From contig CP064964.1 in assembly GCA_016699205.1 (NCBI GenBank), forward strand, positions 810,001 to 842,000: 32,000 nt of DNA, given 5' to 3'. Source of the stretch: Candidatus Saccharimonadota bacterium. GTDB lineage: Bacteria > Patescibacteriota > Patescibacteriia > 2-12-FULL-60-25. Positions 1 to 8,554 of the stretch are shown here, one piece after another. A program made the translations under genes and the position numbers. Positions within the stretch are counted from its first letter, which is position 1, and each line of letters begins with the position of its first letter. Below the pieces are notes generated by a model. The model worked only from the letters and a program-made list of their open reading frames with translations, was not told the origin of the DNA and made no database searches.

Positions 1-1096
1 TCGGATCTTCAAGCGTGATAATTTTTTCTGTCGGCTGATTGAGTTTTTTGAGGATGGCGTAGAGCGTGGTTGTTTTACCGGAACCGGTCGGACCGGTGGT
101 GATGATCATGCCGTTTGGCTTCTCGATTTCACGTTCCAAGTCTTCGAGAGCTTTGCCGCGGATACCGAGGTTATCGAATTCAAGAGCGATGGCTTTAGGG
201 CGCAAGATACGCATGACGACGGACTCGCCAAAAGCCGTCGGCAAAAAGCTGACACGGATATCGATCTTTTCATTGGTGAGATAGATGGTGATGCGGCCAT
301 CTTGCGGAACATCCTCGACGTTGATTTTAACGCCGGCCAAAAGTTTGAGACGTCCGATGATTTGTTTCCAGGCGACGCGAGGGAGGCTGGCGGCGTCGCG
401 CAGTTTTCCGTCGATACGGAAACGGATTTTTACGTCTTCTTCCTCGGCTTCTACGTGAACGTCCGAGGTTCCGATCTTGAGCGCTGCACCAAAGATAAGC
501 GTGATGATGTCGGTCGTGTTTACTTCTCCGATTTTCTTTTGGAGATCGGTAAAGTTGGAAATTTCTTTTTCGTATTTTACCAAGTCGGCTTCCTCAATGC
601 GGTAGCCGTAGATGACTTCTTTTGGAGTAGGGAGCTTGTCGTAGAGTTTGAGGGCGTATTCAAAACTGTCTTCCGATACAAGATAAATCTGGATGTTGGC
701 GCTGCGGTCTTTTTTGATGCGTTCCGCAAGCTTATCGATTTCCGGACTTGGTGTTGGTGTTGCGAGACGGACCTCATCGCCGACAAGAAAAAAAGGCAGC
801 ACGCGCATAGTGGCGGCGATATCTTTTGTGATCAGCGAAAGTGCTTCCGGTGCAATCGGGAAGCCGCGGAGCGTGATGTAGGGGAGACTGAGCTGAGCGG
901 CCTTTTCTTGAACAAGTTTTTCTTTTTCTCCCTGTTTGATCTCGCCCATGCGTTCCTCGAGTTTGGCGGCAACGCTTGGGGGAGTTTTAGGTGCAGCTCC
1001 AGCTCCAGGTTTGGCTGGAGCTGGAGTGGCGGAAGCGCCTCCTGCGGGCTTAGCCTGCTTCAGGAGGTCTTCAATGGAAGAGGCTTTTGGAGGCAT
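1..1096 (-). CDS. pilB: GspE/PilB-family type IV pilus / type II secretion assembly ATPase, N-terminal 365 codons; 3' end lies beyond the window start
   Basis: The reverse frame is open from ATG (1096-1094) to position 2. It is absent from the ORF track because it has no stop in the window. My translation ends ...RVSFLPTAFGESVVMRILRP...EIEKPNGMIITTGPTGSGKTTTLYAILKKLNQPTEKIITLEDP. This includes Walker A GPTGSGKT and the GspE-type LPTxxGE motif. Confidence 0.9.
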   Translation of the reverse strand, partial: MPPKASSIEDLLKQAKPAGGASATPAPAKPGAGAAPKTPPSVAAKLEERMGEIKQGEKEKLVQEKAAQLSLPYITLRGFPIAPEALSLITKDIAATMRVLPFFLVGDEVRLATPTPSPEIDKLAERIKKDRSANIQIYLVSEDSFEYALKLYDKLPTPKEVIYGYRIEEADLVKYEKEISNFTDLQKKIGEVNTTDIITLIFGAALKIGTSDVHVEAEEEDVKIRFRIDGKLRDAASLPRVAWKQIIGRLKLLAGVKINVEDVPQDGRITIYLTNEKIDIRVSFLPTAFGESVVMRILRPKAIALEFDNLGIRGKALEDLEREIEKPNGMIITTGPTGSGKTTTLYAILKKLNQPTEKIITLEDP

Positions 1097-1099
1097 AGC

Positions 1100-2134
1100 T
1101 TATGCGCGGGCAGAGCGGGAAAGCGATAACCACCAGCGATGGATTTTTGGAAGAGCTCCGCCTTCACCGAGGCGAATAAACAATCGATGCCAGGCGGCGT
1201 ATTGGAAGGTGATCGCAAGCATTCCGGCGATGAATGTCGTGATGAAGAATAGCGAGACAAAAAGCACGAAGCCAAGGTAGACGATGACGGTCGAGTTCAT
1301 GAGAGCGGCGGCGGCCATCAAGAGGAAAATCGGCAAGGCCATCAAGACAAAGGCGAGGGCTCCGGCGGCGAGAATGCCTGCGCCGATGAGAAAGAGAATC
1401 GTTCCAATCTCCAAGGCGTTCAACCAGCCCTGACGAAGTAGGTGCCAGGCGCGCTGCAATGACTCGGTGACGTGCGCGTCCTGAAGAACGATGGCATTAA
1501 GTGCAAAAAGATGAATGGCGGCTAAGGCGACGACAGATACGGCATAAAGGAATGCGCCAAGCGCCGCGAGAACACCCAGACCTGTTACAGGATTGGTTTG
1601 CGATAAGCCGTAAGGGACGAGGAAAAAGAATTTTGCGAGCCAGCCCAAGAAGAGTGTAACGATGTTGAGGGCGAGTACGCGCCAAGCATAACGAGCGCCA
1701 ACGGTGACGCTTTCACCAAAGAGCGGAGCGCGTCCGCGGATTAATCCGCCAAGTCCAAAAGCGAGAGCGCCTTGGCTGATCACGGAAAGTCCGATGATCG
1801 TAGCAATAATCACGATCGCGACAGCGATGCTTTGGACGAGACCGAGTGCGGCGACGGCATTTGGTGCGGCGGCAAATCCTTGATAGAGAATCGTTAGAGC
1901 AGGCGGTATGCCACCAGTTGTAATACCGAGGCTGGTACGTCCGGCTTCACGGAACGTCGTTAAAAGAACATCGTAGATACCGCCTGTGTAAAGCAGTCCG
2001 GCAAATAAGGCCAGCGGCCAAATATAGCGGCGCGCCCATGCATCACGGAAGGCGTCTGGAATGATGACGCGGTAAAGGTGCGGATGCGGATTTGTTTTAT
2101 TTTTGCGGATCATACGTTGGGTACAGAATATCAT
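1100..2134 (-). CDS. polytopic integral membrane protein of unknown function (Gly/Ala/Leu-rich, multiple predicted TM helices)
   Basis: 344-aa ORF made of long hydrophobic stretches. Its stop lies 3 nt upstream of the pilB ATG. An alternative ATG at 2113 (MIRKNK) is possible. Confidence 0.7.
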   Translation of the reverse strand: MIFCTQRMIRKNKTNPHPHLYRVIIPDAFRDAWARRYIWPLALFAGLLYTGGIYDVLLTTFREAGRTSLGITTGGIPPALTILYQGFAAAPNAVAALGLVQSIAVAIVIIATIIGLSVISQGALAFGLGGLIRGRAPLFGESVTVGARYAWRVLALNIVTLFLGWLAKFFFLVPYGLSQTNPVTGLGVLAALGAFLYAVSVVALAAIHLFALNAIVLQDAHVTESLQRAWHLLRQGWLNALEIGTILFLIGAGILAAGALAFVLMALPIFLLMAAAALMNSTVIVYLGFVLFVSLFFITTFIAGMLAITFQYAAWHRLFIRLGEGGALPKIHRWWLSLSRSARA

Positions 2135-2140
2135 ACGGAA

Positions 2141-2169
2141 ACGCCCCCGACGAGTGAGGTCGGGGGCGT
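2141..2169 (-). terminator. GC-rich hairpin downstream of the 103-aa ORF
   Basis: ACGCCCCCGAC (2141-2151) pairs perfectly with GTCGGGGGCGT (2159-2169) around a 7-nt loop. On the minus strand only TTT follows, so the U-tract is weak. Confidence 0.4.
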
Positions 2170-2173
2170 GTCG

Positions 2174-2485
2174 TCAGATGGTGTCGAGATGCTCCTCGTA
2201 GAGGAAATCGAGAAAATGTCCATAGGTCCAGTCCTCGCCGATCAGGTTGAGGTGACCCTTCACGAGTGTCCCGTACCGTTGCTTCGGATCGAAGCGCCGA
2301 CGAGAGATGCGACCCAGCTCCTCGAGTTTCGTGATCACTTCGTCGGTGATACCGAGCGACTCCAGCGTCGCTTCTTCTTGGAGAGCGATGTTCGGTGTTG
2401 CACCTTGCTTCGCGAACCACTTCTCGAAGTTCTTTTTGATCTCGTCGCGAGACAGGATGCCAAGATCTTCTGCACGTACCGGCAT
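2174..2485 (-). CDS. hypothetical protein, 103 aa
   Basis: ORF with GAGG six nt upstream of the ATG. It is bracketed by hairpins on both sides. I recognise no family motif. Confidence 0.6.
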   Translation of the reverse strand: MPVRAEDLGILSRDEIKKNFEKWFAKQGATPNIALQEEATLESLGITDEVITKLEELGRISRRRFDPKQRYGTLVKGHLNLIGEDWTYGHFLDFLYEEHLDTI

Positions 2486-2539
2486 TATCTACCTCAGGCC
2501 TAAAAATGTTGCATGAACTATCTTTTTTGTCAATACGAA

Positions 2540-2564
2540 AAGGGCGGGCACAAGGCCCGCCCTT
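2540..2564 (-). terminator. rho-independent terminator after ftsH
   Basis: AAGGGCGGG (2540-2548) pairs with CCCGCCCTT (2556-2564) around a 7-nt loop. On the minus strand TTTTCG follows. Confidence 0.7.
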
Positions 2565-2570
2565 ACGATC

Positions 2571-4430
2571 TTAACTGGTGATTTCGGTTCCTTCTTTTTT
2601 CAGCTTGGCTTTGGGATTTGCTGGCGGGAATCCTACGACTTTTTCAAAGTCATCGCGTTCGATGATTTCGTGTTTGACCAAGTGATCGGCGATGCGGTCC
2701 ATGGCGGCGCGGTTGTCGGTGATGATCTTGGTGGCGGTTTCAAGACCCTGCTTGATTAAGGCGTCGATTTCTTTGTCGATGAGGACGGCCTTGTCTTCCG
2801 AGTAGTCGCGGGTTTCCTGGATTTCGCGGCCGAGGAAAATCATTTCCTCGCGATGGCCGTAAGCGCGTGGGCCGAGGACGTCGCTCATGCCCCATTGGGT
2901 GACCATGTTACGAGCAAGACGCGTGGCTTGCTGCATGTCATTGGAGGCTCCGGTGGTCAGATCGCCAAAGATGACTTTTTCTGCGGCGTATCCACCGAGC
3001 GTCATGGCGATGTCTTCTACGTATTCCTGGCGGCGGCGCATCATGCGGTCTTCTGTCGGAAGCTTGATCGTGTAACCGGCGGCACGGCCGCGGGAGATGA
3101 TCGAGACTTTTTGGACAGGGTCCGCAAAGGGGGAGACGTGGGCGACGAGAGCGTGGCCGGCCTCGTGATACGCCGTCACTTTGCGCTCTTCCTCGTTCAT
3201 CAAGTGGCTGCGGCGTTCCGGACCAAGCATGACTTTCTCAATCGATTCGATGAGGTCGGTCATGTTCACCTCGGTTTGGTTGCGGCGGGCGGCCAAGATA
3301 GCGGCTTCGTTCATGAGGTTCATGAGGTCGGCACCGGAGAAGCCTGGAGTGCGCTCGGCTAAACGTTTGATGTTTACGTCTTTGGCGAGCGGCTTGTTTT
3401 TGCCGTGGATGTTCAGGATTTCTTCACGGTCGCGGATGTCCGGCGGGTCGAGGACGACGCGGCGGTCAAAGCGGCCTGGACGGAGCAATGCTGGATCGAG
3501 AACGTCAGGACGGTTTGTAGCAGCGATGACGATAACTCCCAAGTTTGGTTCAAAGCCGTCCATCTCGACGAGAATCTGGTTCAAGGTTTGTTCGCGTTCA
3601 TCGTGGGAACCACCGACGCCGGAGCCGCGCTGGCGGCCGACGGCATCGATTTCATCGATGAAGACAATACACGGTGCTGTCTTTTTTGCTTTTGCAAACA
3701 AGTCGCGGACGCGCGAGGCACCGACACCGACGAACATTTCTACGAATTCAGAACCAGAGATGTGCAAGAAGGGGACACCGGCTTCACCAGCGACGGCGCG
3801 GGCGAGAAGCGTCTTACCGGTACCAGGAGAACCCATGAGCAAAACGCCTTTTGGAATTTTGGCTCCGAGCTTGGAGAATTTGTCCGGGCTCTTCAAGAAC
3901 TCAACGACTTCCGACAATTCTTGTTTTGCTTCGCGTACACCGGCGACATTCGCAAAGGTTACTTTTTCCTGATCTTTGGAAGTCTCGCGCGCGGTTGATT
4001 GTCCAAAAGACATGGCGCGATTGTTCTGGCCTTGGACTTGGCGGAAGAAGAACATCATGAGCGCGAACACGAGAATCAACGGGATCAAGGACTGCAGCAA
4101 GATGCCGCCCCAGTAGGCAAAGCCAGAAGGTTCTTTGACGGTTGTCTTGATGTTGCGGGCCTTCTCCGGATCGACGCCGTAGCTTGCGAGAAGTTCCGGA
4201 ACGGAAGCTTGGGCTTCTTTATCGACAAAGACCTTGGAGGAGTCGGACAAAGTGACTTCCATGCGGTTGCCGCGGATGACGATTTCCGTGACTTCTCCCT
4301 TGTCGAGGCGGTTGGCAAATGTGGCCTGGTCGAGGGTTTTGTCGGATTCGAGATTAATGCTGGCCAGGGCGACGATGATGAGTACCAAAGCGCCACCAAT
4401 TAGCAATACATTGCGGAGAGTCGGATTCAT
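2571..4430 (-). CDS. ftsH: ATP-dependent zinc metalloprotease FtsH
   Basis: 619 aa with an N-terminal TM segment. Motifs: Walker [23 protein letters not shown], Walker [14 protein letters not shown] region, and zinc motif HEAGHA. Confidence 0.97.
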   Translation of the reverse strand: MNPTLRNVLLIGGALVLIIVALASINLESDKTLDQATFANRLDKGEVTEIVIRGNRMEVTLSDSSKVFVDKEAQASVPELLASYGVDPEKARNIKTTVKEPSGFAYWGGILLQSLIPLILVFALMMFFFRQVQGQNNRAMSFGQSTARETSKDQEKVTFANVAGVREAKQELSEVVEFLKSPDKFSKLGAKIPKGVLLMGSPGTGKTLLARAVAGEAGVPFLHISGSEFVEMFVGVGASRVRDLFAKAKKTAPCIVFIDEIDAVGRQRGSGVGGSHDEREQTLNQILVEMDGFEPNLGVIVIAATNRPDVLDPALLRPGRFDRRVVLDPPDIRDREEILNIHGKNKPLAKDVNIKRLAERTPGFSGADLMNLMNEAAILAARRNQTEVNMTDLIESIEKVMLGPERRSHLMNEEERKVTAYHEAGHALVAHVSPFADPVQKVSIISRGRAAGYTIKLPTEDRMMRRRQEYVEDIAMTLGGYAAEKVIFGDLTTGASNDMQQATRLARNMVTQWGMSDVLGPRAYGHREEMIFLGREIQETRDYSEDKAVLIDKEIDALIKQGLETATKIITDNRAAMDRIADHLVKHEIIERDDFEKVVGFPPANPKAKLKKEGTEITS

Positions 4431-4453
4431 AAGGATTTGCTGAGATTAAAGGA

Positions 4454-4482
4454 AAACCGCCCCGATGTCCATGGGGCGGTTT
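4454..4482 (-). terminator. rho-independent terminator after the S1 gene
   Basis: AAACCGCCCC (4454-4463) pairs with GGGGCGGTTT (4473-4482) around a 9-nt loop. On the minus strand TTTTCCTTT follows. Confidence 0.7.
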
Positions 4483-4502
4483 CCGTCTGAATTTGGCCAA
4501 TA

Positions 4503-5606
4503 TTACGCCTTCACTTCTTCCTTCTCTTTCTCTTCCTCCTTCAATTTGCGAAGCGAGAGACCAAGGCGGTGAGCGTCTGCGTCGATGGTGATGATGCGGA
4601 AGTCGAATTCATCGCCGACGCGAGCAACTTCGTTCACATCCTTAACGGGCTTAGCAGCCAATTCGCTGATGTGGGCGAGACCGTGAATGTCCGGGTCGAG
4701 CTCGACGAACAATCCGAACGGATTGATCTTGAGCACGCGTCCCTTGACCCATTGGTTGAGCGAGTACTTTTTGGCGACGGACTTCCATGGATCGTCGACG
4801 AGCTTCTTCATCGAGAGGAAAATCTTGGAACCTTCAATGTTGATGATCTCGGCGCGGACATGGTCACCGATCTTGAGAACATCGCGCGGGTGGTCAATGC
4901 GCTGCCAGGCGATTTCCGAGATGTGTACCAGACCCTCGAGGTTTGCCTCAAAGCGGACAAAGGCGCCGAAGTCGGTGACGGCGGTGACGTCGCCCTCGAC
5001 GGTGTCGCCAACCTTGTATTTGGAGAGAATCGATTCCTGCTTGGTTTCCCAAACGGCCTTCTCGGAAACGACAACCTTTTCTTCTTCCTCGTTTACATCG
5101 AGAATTTTGACATCGATCATCTGACCGACGAGCTGCTTCAACTTTTCCTGAATCTTGTTCTTTTCACCGCCAGCTACGCGAGGGTAGTTGGTCGGGGAGA
5201 GCTGGGAGACAGGGACGAAAGCCGGAACGCCTTCTACGCGAGTGATAAGACCGCCCTTGTTGGCGTCCAGCACTTTGACGTTGAGCACGGTGCCAGCGGT
5301 GAGCAACTCTTTGATCTTGTCCCACGAGCGCTTGCGGCCAGCGCCCTTGAGCGAGAGCTCGAGTTCACCAAACTCGTTGTCGAGTTCAATGACAGAAGCT
5401 TCAACCTCATCGCCGACGCGGAGGTCCATGTGCTTGTCCATCTCAGGACCGCGGATCAAACCGATGGCGAGACCGCCGACATCGATACGAACTTCATTGC
5501 GGCCGACGGCGACGACCGTACCTTTTACGGTTTCACCGACCTGCGGGTAGGCGATCGGCTGTGACTCGAGGAGTTCCCCGAGAGCGGATGTAACTTTGGT
5601 TTCCAT
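4503..5606 (-). CDS. rpsA: 30S ribosomal protein S1-like protein with four S1 RNA-binding domains
   Basis: Four S1/OB repeats are visible, e.g. VGETVKGTVVAV..., GTVLNVKVLD..., VGDTVEGDVTAVTDFGAFVRF..., WVKGRVLKINPFGLFVEL... I place the start at ATG 5606 (METKV). The track's GTG at 5642 lies inside a leader hairpin. Confidence 0.9.
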   Translation of the reverse strand: METKVTSALGELLESQPIAYPQVGETVKGTVVAVGRNEVRIDVGGLAIGLIRGPEMDKHMDLRVGDEVEASVIELDNEFGELELSLKGAGRKRSWDKIKELLTAGTVLNVKVLDANKGGLITRVEGVPAFVPVSQLSPTNYPRVAGGEKNKIQEKLKQLVGQMIDVKILDVNEEEEKVVVSEKAVWETKQESILSKYKVGDTVEGDVTAVTDFGAFVRFEANLEGLVHISEIAWQRIDHPRDVLKIGDHVRAEIINIEGSKIFLSMKKLVDDPWKSVAKKYSLNQWVKGRVLKINPFGLFVELDPDIHGLAHISELAAKPVKDVNEVARVGDEFDFRIITIDADAHRLGLSLRKLKEEEKEKEEVKA

Positions 5607-5614
5607 AGTTGAAT

Positions 5615-5655
5615 GAAAAAACGACAGACGGTAACTGAACACCGAAGCCTGTCGT
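5615..5655 (-). promoter_or_regulatory. terminator-like hairpin plus U6, ending 8 nt upstream of the S1 start codon (attenuator or sRNA 3' end)
   Basis: Minus strand reads ACGACAGGC...GUCUGUCGU, a 9-bp stem including one G-U with a 17-nt loop, followed by UUUUUU (5620-5615). Confidence 0.5.
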
Positions 5656-5757
5656 TATTTGGCTTGGTTATGAGCCCAGGAAGTCTTCCTCCTGAGCTTG
5701 TCCGCCGCGGCTAAGTGGCCCGGACCGGACATTGAATGATGGTGTCAGTCGGGCGGA

Positions 5758-5786
5758 AGTGTATGTTTTTTAGGGAAAAAGGTCAA
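5758..5786 (-). promoter_or_regulatory. sigma-70-type promoter for the S1 leader
   Basis: Minus strand has TTGACC (5786-5781), a 17-nt spacer, then TACACT (5763-5758). The -35 abuts the stop codon of the upstream gene. Confidence 0.5.
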
Positions 5787-5789
5787 GAG

Positions 5790-7847
5790 CTAGCCTTCAA
5801 TTCTGGTTTTGAATTTGTTGTAGAGGAAGCCGGAAATCATGAGTACGCCACCAAGAGAGATGAAGGTGACAAAGCGGGCAAAGTTATCGAGCTCGGCGGT
5901 ATCGATTAAAACAACTTTGGCGATGACCAGGGCAAACAGGGCGACGGCTGATCCGCGCGAGAGAATCGATTTACCAACAATGCCGTAGATGACGAGGATG
6001 ATTCCGTAGATGAGCCAAGTAACGGAGAGAGCAACTTGTCCTGTTTGCGATGTTCCGCCAAGAATTCTTGCGGCGTTCACGGCTTCCATCGATGCCAAGA
6101 AGAGTAAGAAGCTATTGGCGACGAGCCAGGTTGCGGGTTTCAGGAATCCGCTTTCATCTTTACTCAATCCGTTATCGGCGGAGCGCAGATAGATGCGGAC
6201 GGTTCCGACAACGGCGGCACAAATAAGCAGCGCGAGTACGCGTGGCGAGAAAAGAATGTGCTCCGCGTTGCTTGTGAGCGCGATGACGATAGCGATCAGT
6301 CCGGCGATACCGATGGTGGCCGTGCCTGCGATGCGTAAAGCAAAGCTTCCGATCCAGAGACCGCCCATGAGGGCAAAAGAACCGAGAACAACACAGGCTG
6401 TGGAAATCCAAAGCGATTCATCCGGTTGATAGAAGACGGCGATCTCGGAAGTTACGGCGACCAAGATCAATGCGTAAGTCACGATCAGGTGCGCGCTTGA
6501 GAGCCATGGACGTTTTGCCTGATGCTCGTTCATGCGTTTGCGCTCGTCATACCAGACCATGACGAGGAATGCGCCGATGGCAATCGCAAACAAGAACATG
6601 CGCAGATTGATCCAAGGCATGTTTCCAGCGGCCGTGCCGAGCGCATCGATGAGTCCGACGGCGGCAAAACCAAAAAGCGCATGCGAGAGCAGGTCGAGTC
6701 CGCGGGATTTGAGTTTGTCGGCAACAATGCCGAGGATGAGCGCTTCAAATGTCCAGGCGAGCAGGAACCAGCGGCTATCGTTGAAATAGAGTGGAGCGGC
6801 CATGGCCAGAAAGAGACTTCCGATACCGATGAAAGCGACGCGCTCACGCCAAGCAGCAACAGCGAAATGGATTAAGGCAAAGGCGATGGCGAGACCGGCG
6901 GCCCAATATCGACCTTCAATGTTTGCTGGATGGAGATCGGAGAGAATTGCAAAGAAGAAGACGGGGTTGCTGCAGAGCAGGGTGTAATCGGCGGGATCGA
7001 GTTTGCCTTTGAGGACTCGTAAAAGACTGCGGCCAAAGAAGCAGAGGAAAAGAATGGCGAGGTAGGTGAAGGGGATGAACCAGGCGACTTCTCCGTTTCC
7101 GTAGGACCAGGCGGCGTAGGATAAGACGGTTCCAACAAACGAGAGTCCAGGGAGAATGCGCCATGGTTTGTACCAAGAGACGGCGAGCATGACGGCATTC
7201 AAGAGCAGGAGATAGATGAAGAAGGCATGCGGCGAGGCTGTGCGTGCGTCGAGGAGGAATGGGGTGAGGAAGCCACCGACCATCGCGAATGCGGCGAGTG
7301 ATTGTGTGTTGAATCGTAGAGCGAGGGCGATGCCAGCAACAGTGACTGCGCAGACAAGAGCAAATCCGATGGTTGCTGGAATTAGGCTGTATGTCATCGT
7401 GGCGGCGTACAGGCTCAGGTACCAGGCGCCGAGACCGGTGCCGAGCAAGATGTGTGCGAAATTGCGCATGCGTGTTTCAAGCCAGTAACCGAGACCGGCC
7501 AAGATTCCACCGAGAGCAAGTCCGAGTGCTACGCGTAGTACCGGGGAGATGAGATTGTTTTCAATCGCAAAACGCAGCAAGAAGCCGAGACCAAGAAGCA
7601 GAGCGATACCGCCGACGGCCGTGTAAACCCAAGCCCCCATTTTGAATTCCCAAGCTGGCTTGGCGGGGACCGTCTCTTTTTGTTTTTCTTCTATCTTTGT
7701 GACGTGCGGCTTTGGCGCTTCACGCATCACTTTATTGACTACCTCGGTTTTTTGGGGAGACACGTTATCCAAACGCTCTTCCAGGTTTTTTACCTTCCAG
7801 AGCAGATAGGCGACGCCAAAACACAGCAGCAAAACAATGAAATCCAT
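5790..7847 (-). CDS. large polytopic membrane protein, DUF2339-like
   Basis: It has an N-terminal TM helix, a charged coil (LEERLDNV...) and then about 20 hydrophobic helices, an architecture typical of DUF2339. The start is set at MDFIVLL (7847) rather than the track's 7907. The family call is from memory. Confidence 0.75.
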   Translation of the reverse strand: MDFIVLLLCFGVAYLLWKVKNLEERLDNVSPQKTEVVNKVMREAPKPHVTKIEEKQKETVPAKPAWEFKMGAWVYTAVGGIALLLGLGFLLRFAIENNLISPVLRVALGLALGGILAGLGYWLETRMRNFAHILLGTGLGAWYLSLYAATMTYSLIPATIGFALVCAVTVAGIALALRFNTQSLAAFAMVGGFLTPFLLDARTASPHAFFIYLLLLNAVMLAVSWYKPWRILPGLSFVGTVLSYAAWSYGNGEVAWFIPFTYLAILFLCFFGRSLLRVLKGKLDPADYTLLCSNPVFFFAILSDLHPANIEGRYWAAGLAIAFALIHFAVAAWRERVAFIGIGSLFLAMAAPLYFNDSRWFLLAWTFEALILGIVADKLKSRGLDLLSHALFGFAAVGLIDALGTAAGNMPWINLRMFLFAIAIGAFLVMVWYDERKRMNEHQAKRPWLSSAHLIVTYALILVAVTSEIAVFYQPDESLWISTACVVLGSFALMGGLWIGSFALRIAGTATIGIAGLIAIVIALTSNAEHILFSPRVLALLICAAVVGTVRIYLRSADNGLSKDESGFLKPATWLVANSFLLFLASMEAVNAARILGGTSQTGQVALSVTWLIYGIILVIYGIVGKSILSRGSAVALFALVIAKVVLIDTAELDNFARFVTFISLGGVLMISGFLYNKFKTRIEG

Positions 7848-7849
7848 AT

Positions 7850-8554
7850 ATGGCCTATATGCTATCCTATACTGATATGGAGCGCTATTTGAACCTGCAT
7901 GACACAACGGCGGTCGCGGATTTCATGGAATCCGTTATCGATTTTTTGCCGGAGAAAGATCGGAAGCCGTATCAGCAGCTGATAGACGCGGCTCATGGTA
8001 AAGAGCATGTTTCGCGTGAGCGATTGGCAGAAGCGGCTAAAAATATTGGTGCGGTTACTTGGAGTGCGCGTCGTGCGTTGGAGCATTTTATTGCGACCGT
8101 GGGCGCCGAGCTGGAATGGGAAGCGATTTTGGAACAGGCGCGTCCGGCCACAGCTTTGCTTTTGAAGCGATTACGCCGCTCGGCGGGAACATCAACGTTG
8201 GATGAGACGTTAAAGACTACGGATGCCAGCTATGCCATTGGTCCGGATCAGGAGGTCGAGATTTCCATGCTGCGCGATGAAGTGCGCTATCACATTTGGG
8301 AAACGCATCATGAGGCGCTTGAGCCCATGATCGAGGAAACAGCGGTTGAACTCGAAGCTATCAAGAAGCGGCTTAAGCAACTACGGGAACAGGCGACCAA
8401 GAGCGATGCGGCAACGCGCGATCGATTGCTCGATACGCTCGAGCGATTTGAGGATAAATTATATTATGGAGGTGAAGTTATCCCGCTTGAAGCGCTTGAT
8501 GCGGAAATCAGATTTGATGCGGAGGATTCGGAAGGCGCGCGAGGTGATGAATAA
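7850..8554 (+). CDS. hypothetical acidic, helix-rich protein, 234 aa
   Basis: Long ORF with no motif I recognise. An alternative start is ATG 7877 (MERYLNL). Its 3' end overlaps the convergent glycosyltransferase by 47 nt. Confidence 0.55.
   Translation: MAYMLSYTDMERYLNLHDTTAVADFMESVIDFLPEKDRKPYQQLIDAAHGKEHVSRERLAEAAKNIGAVTWSARRALEHFIATVGAELEWEAILEQARPATALLLKRLRRSAGTSTLDETLKTTDASYAIGPDQEVEISMLRDEVRYHIWETHHEALEPMIEETAVELEAIKKRLKQLREQATKSDAATRDRLLDTLERFEDKLYYGGEVIPLEALDAEIRFDAEDSEGARGDE

Noticed and set aside
302-1129. 275-aa plus-strand ORF from the track
   Set aside because: It is antisense to the clearly recognisable pilB frame. Its Phe/Val/Asp/Gly-rich composition with runs such as NFFFVFYQ is typical of a shadow ORF, and it has no motifs.
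2853-5564. Several long plus-strand ORFs (169, 263, 197, 134 and 331 aa)
   Set aside because: All are antisense shadows of ftsH and the S1 gene, whose identities are unambiguous.
5607-5757. Possibility that the small structured RNA upstream of S1 is the SRP (4.5S) RNA
   Set aside because: I compared both strands with the conserved domain IV pattern remembered from E. coli 4.5S (GGUCC-GGAA-GGAAGCAGCC). The GGAA at about 5755-5758 on the plus strand is not flanked by complementary arms, and no AGCA element is present. The region is kept as an unclassified leader or sRNA.
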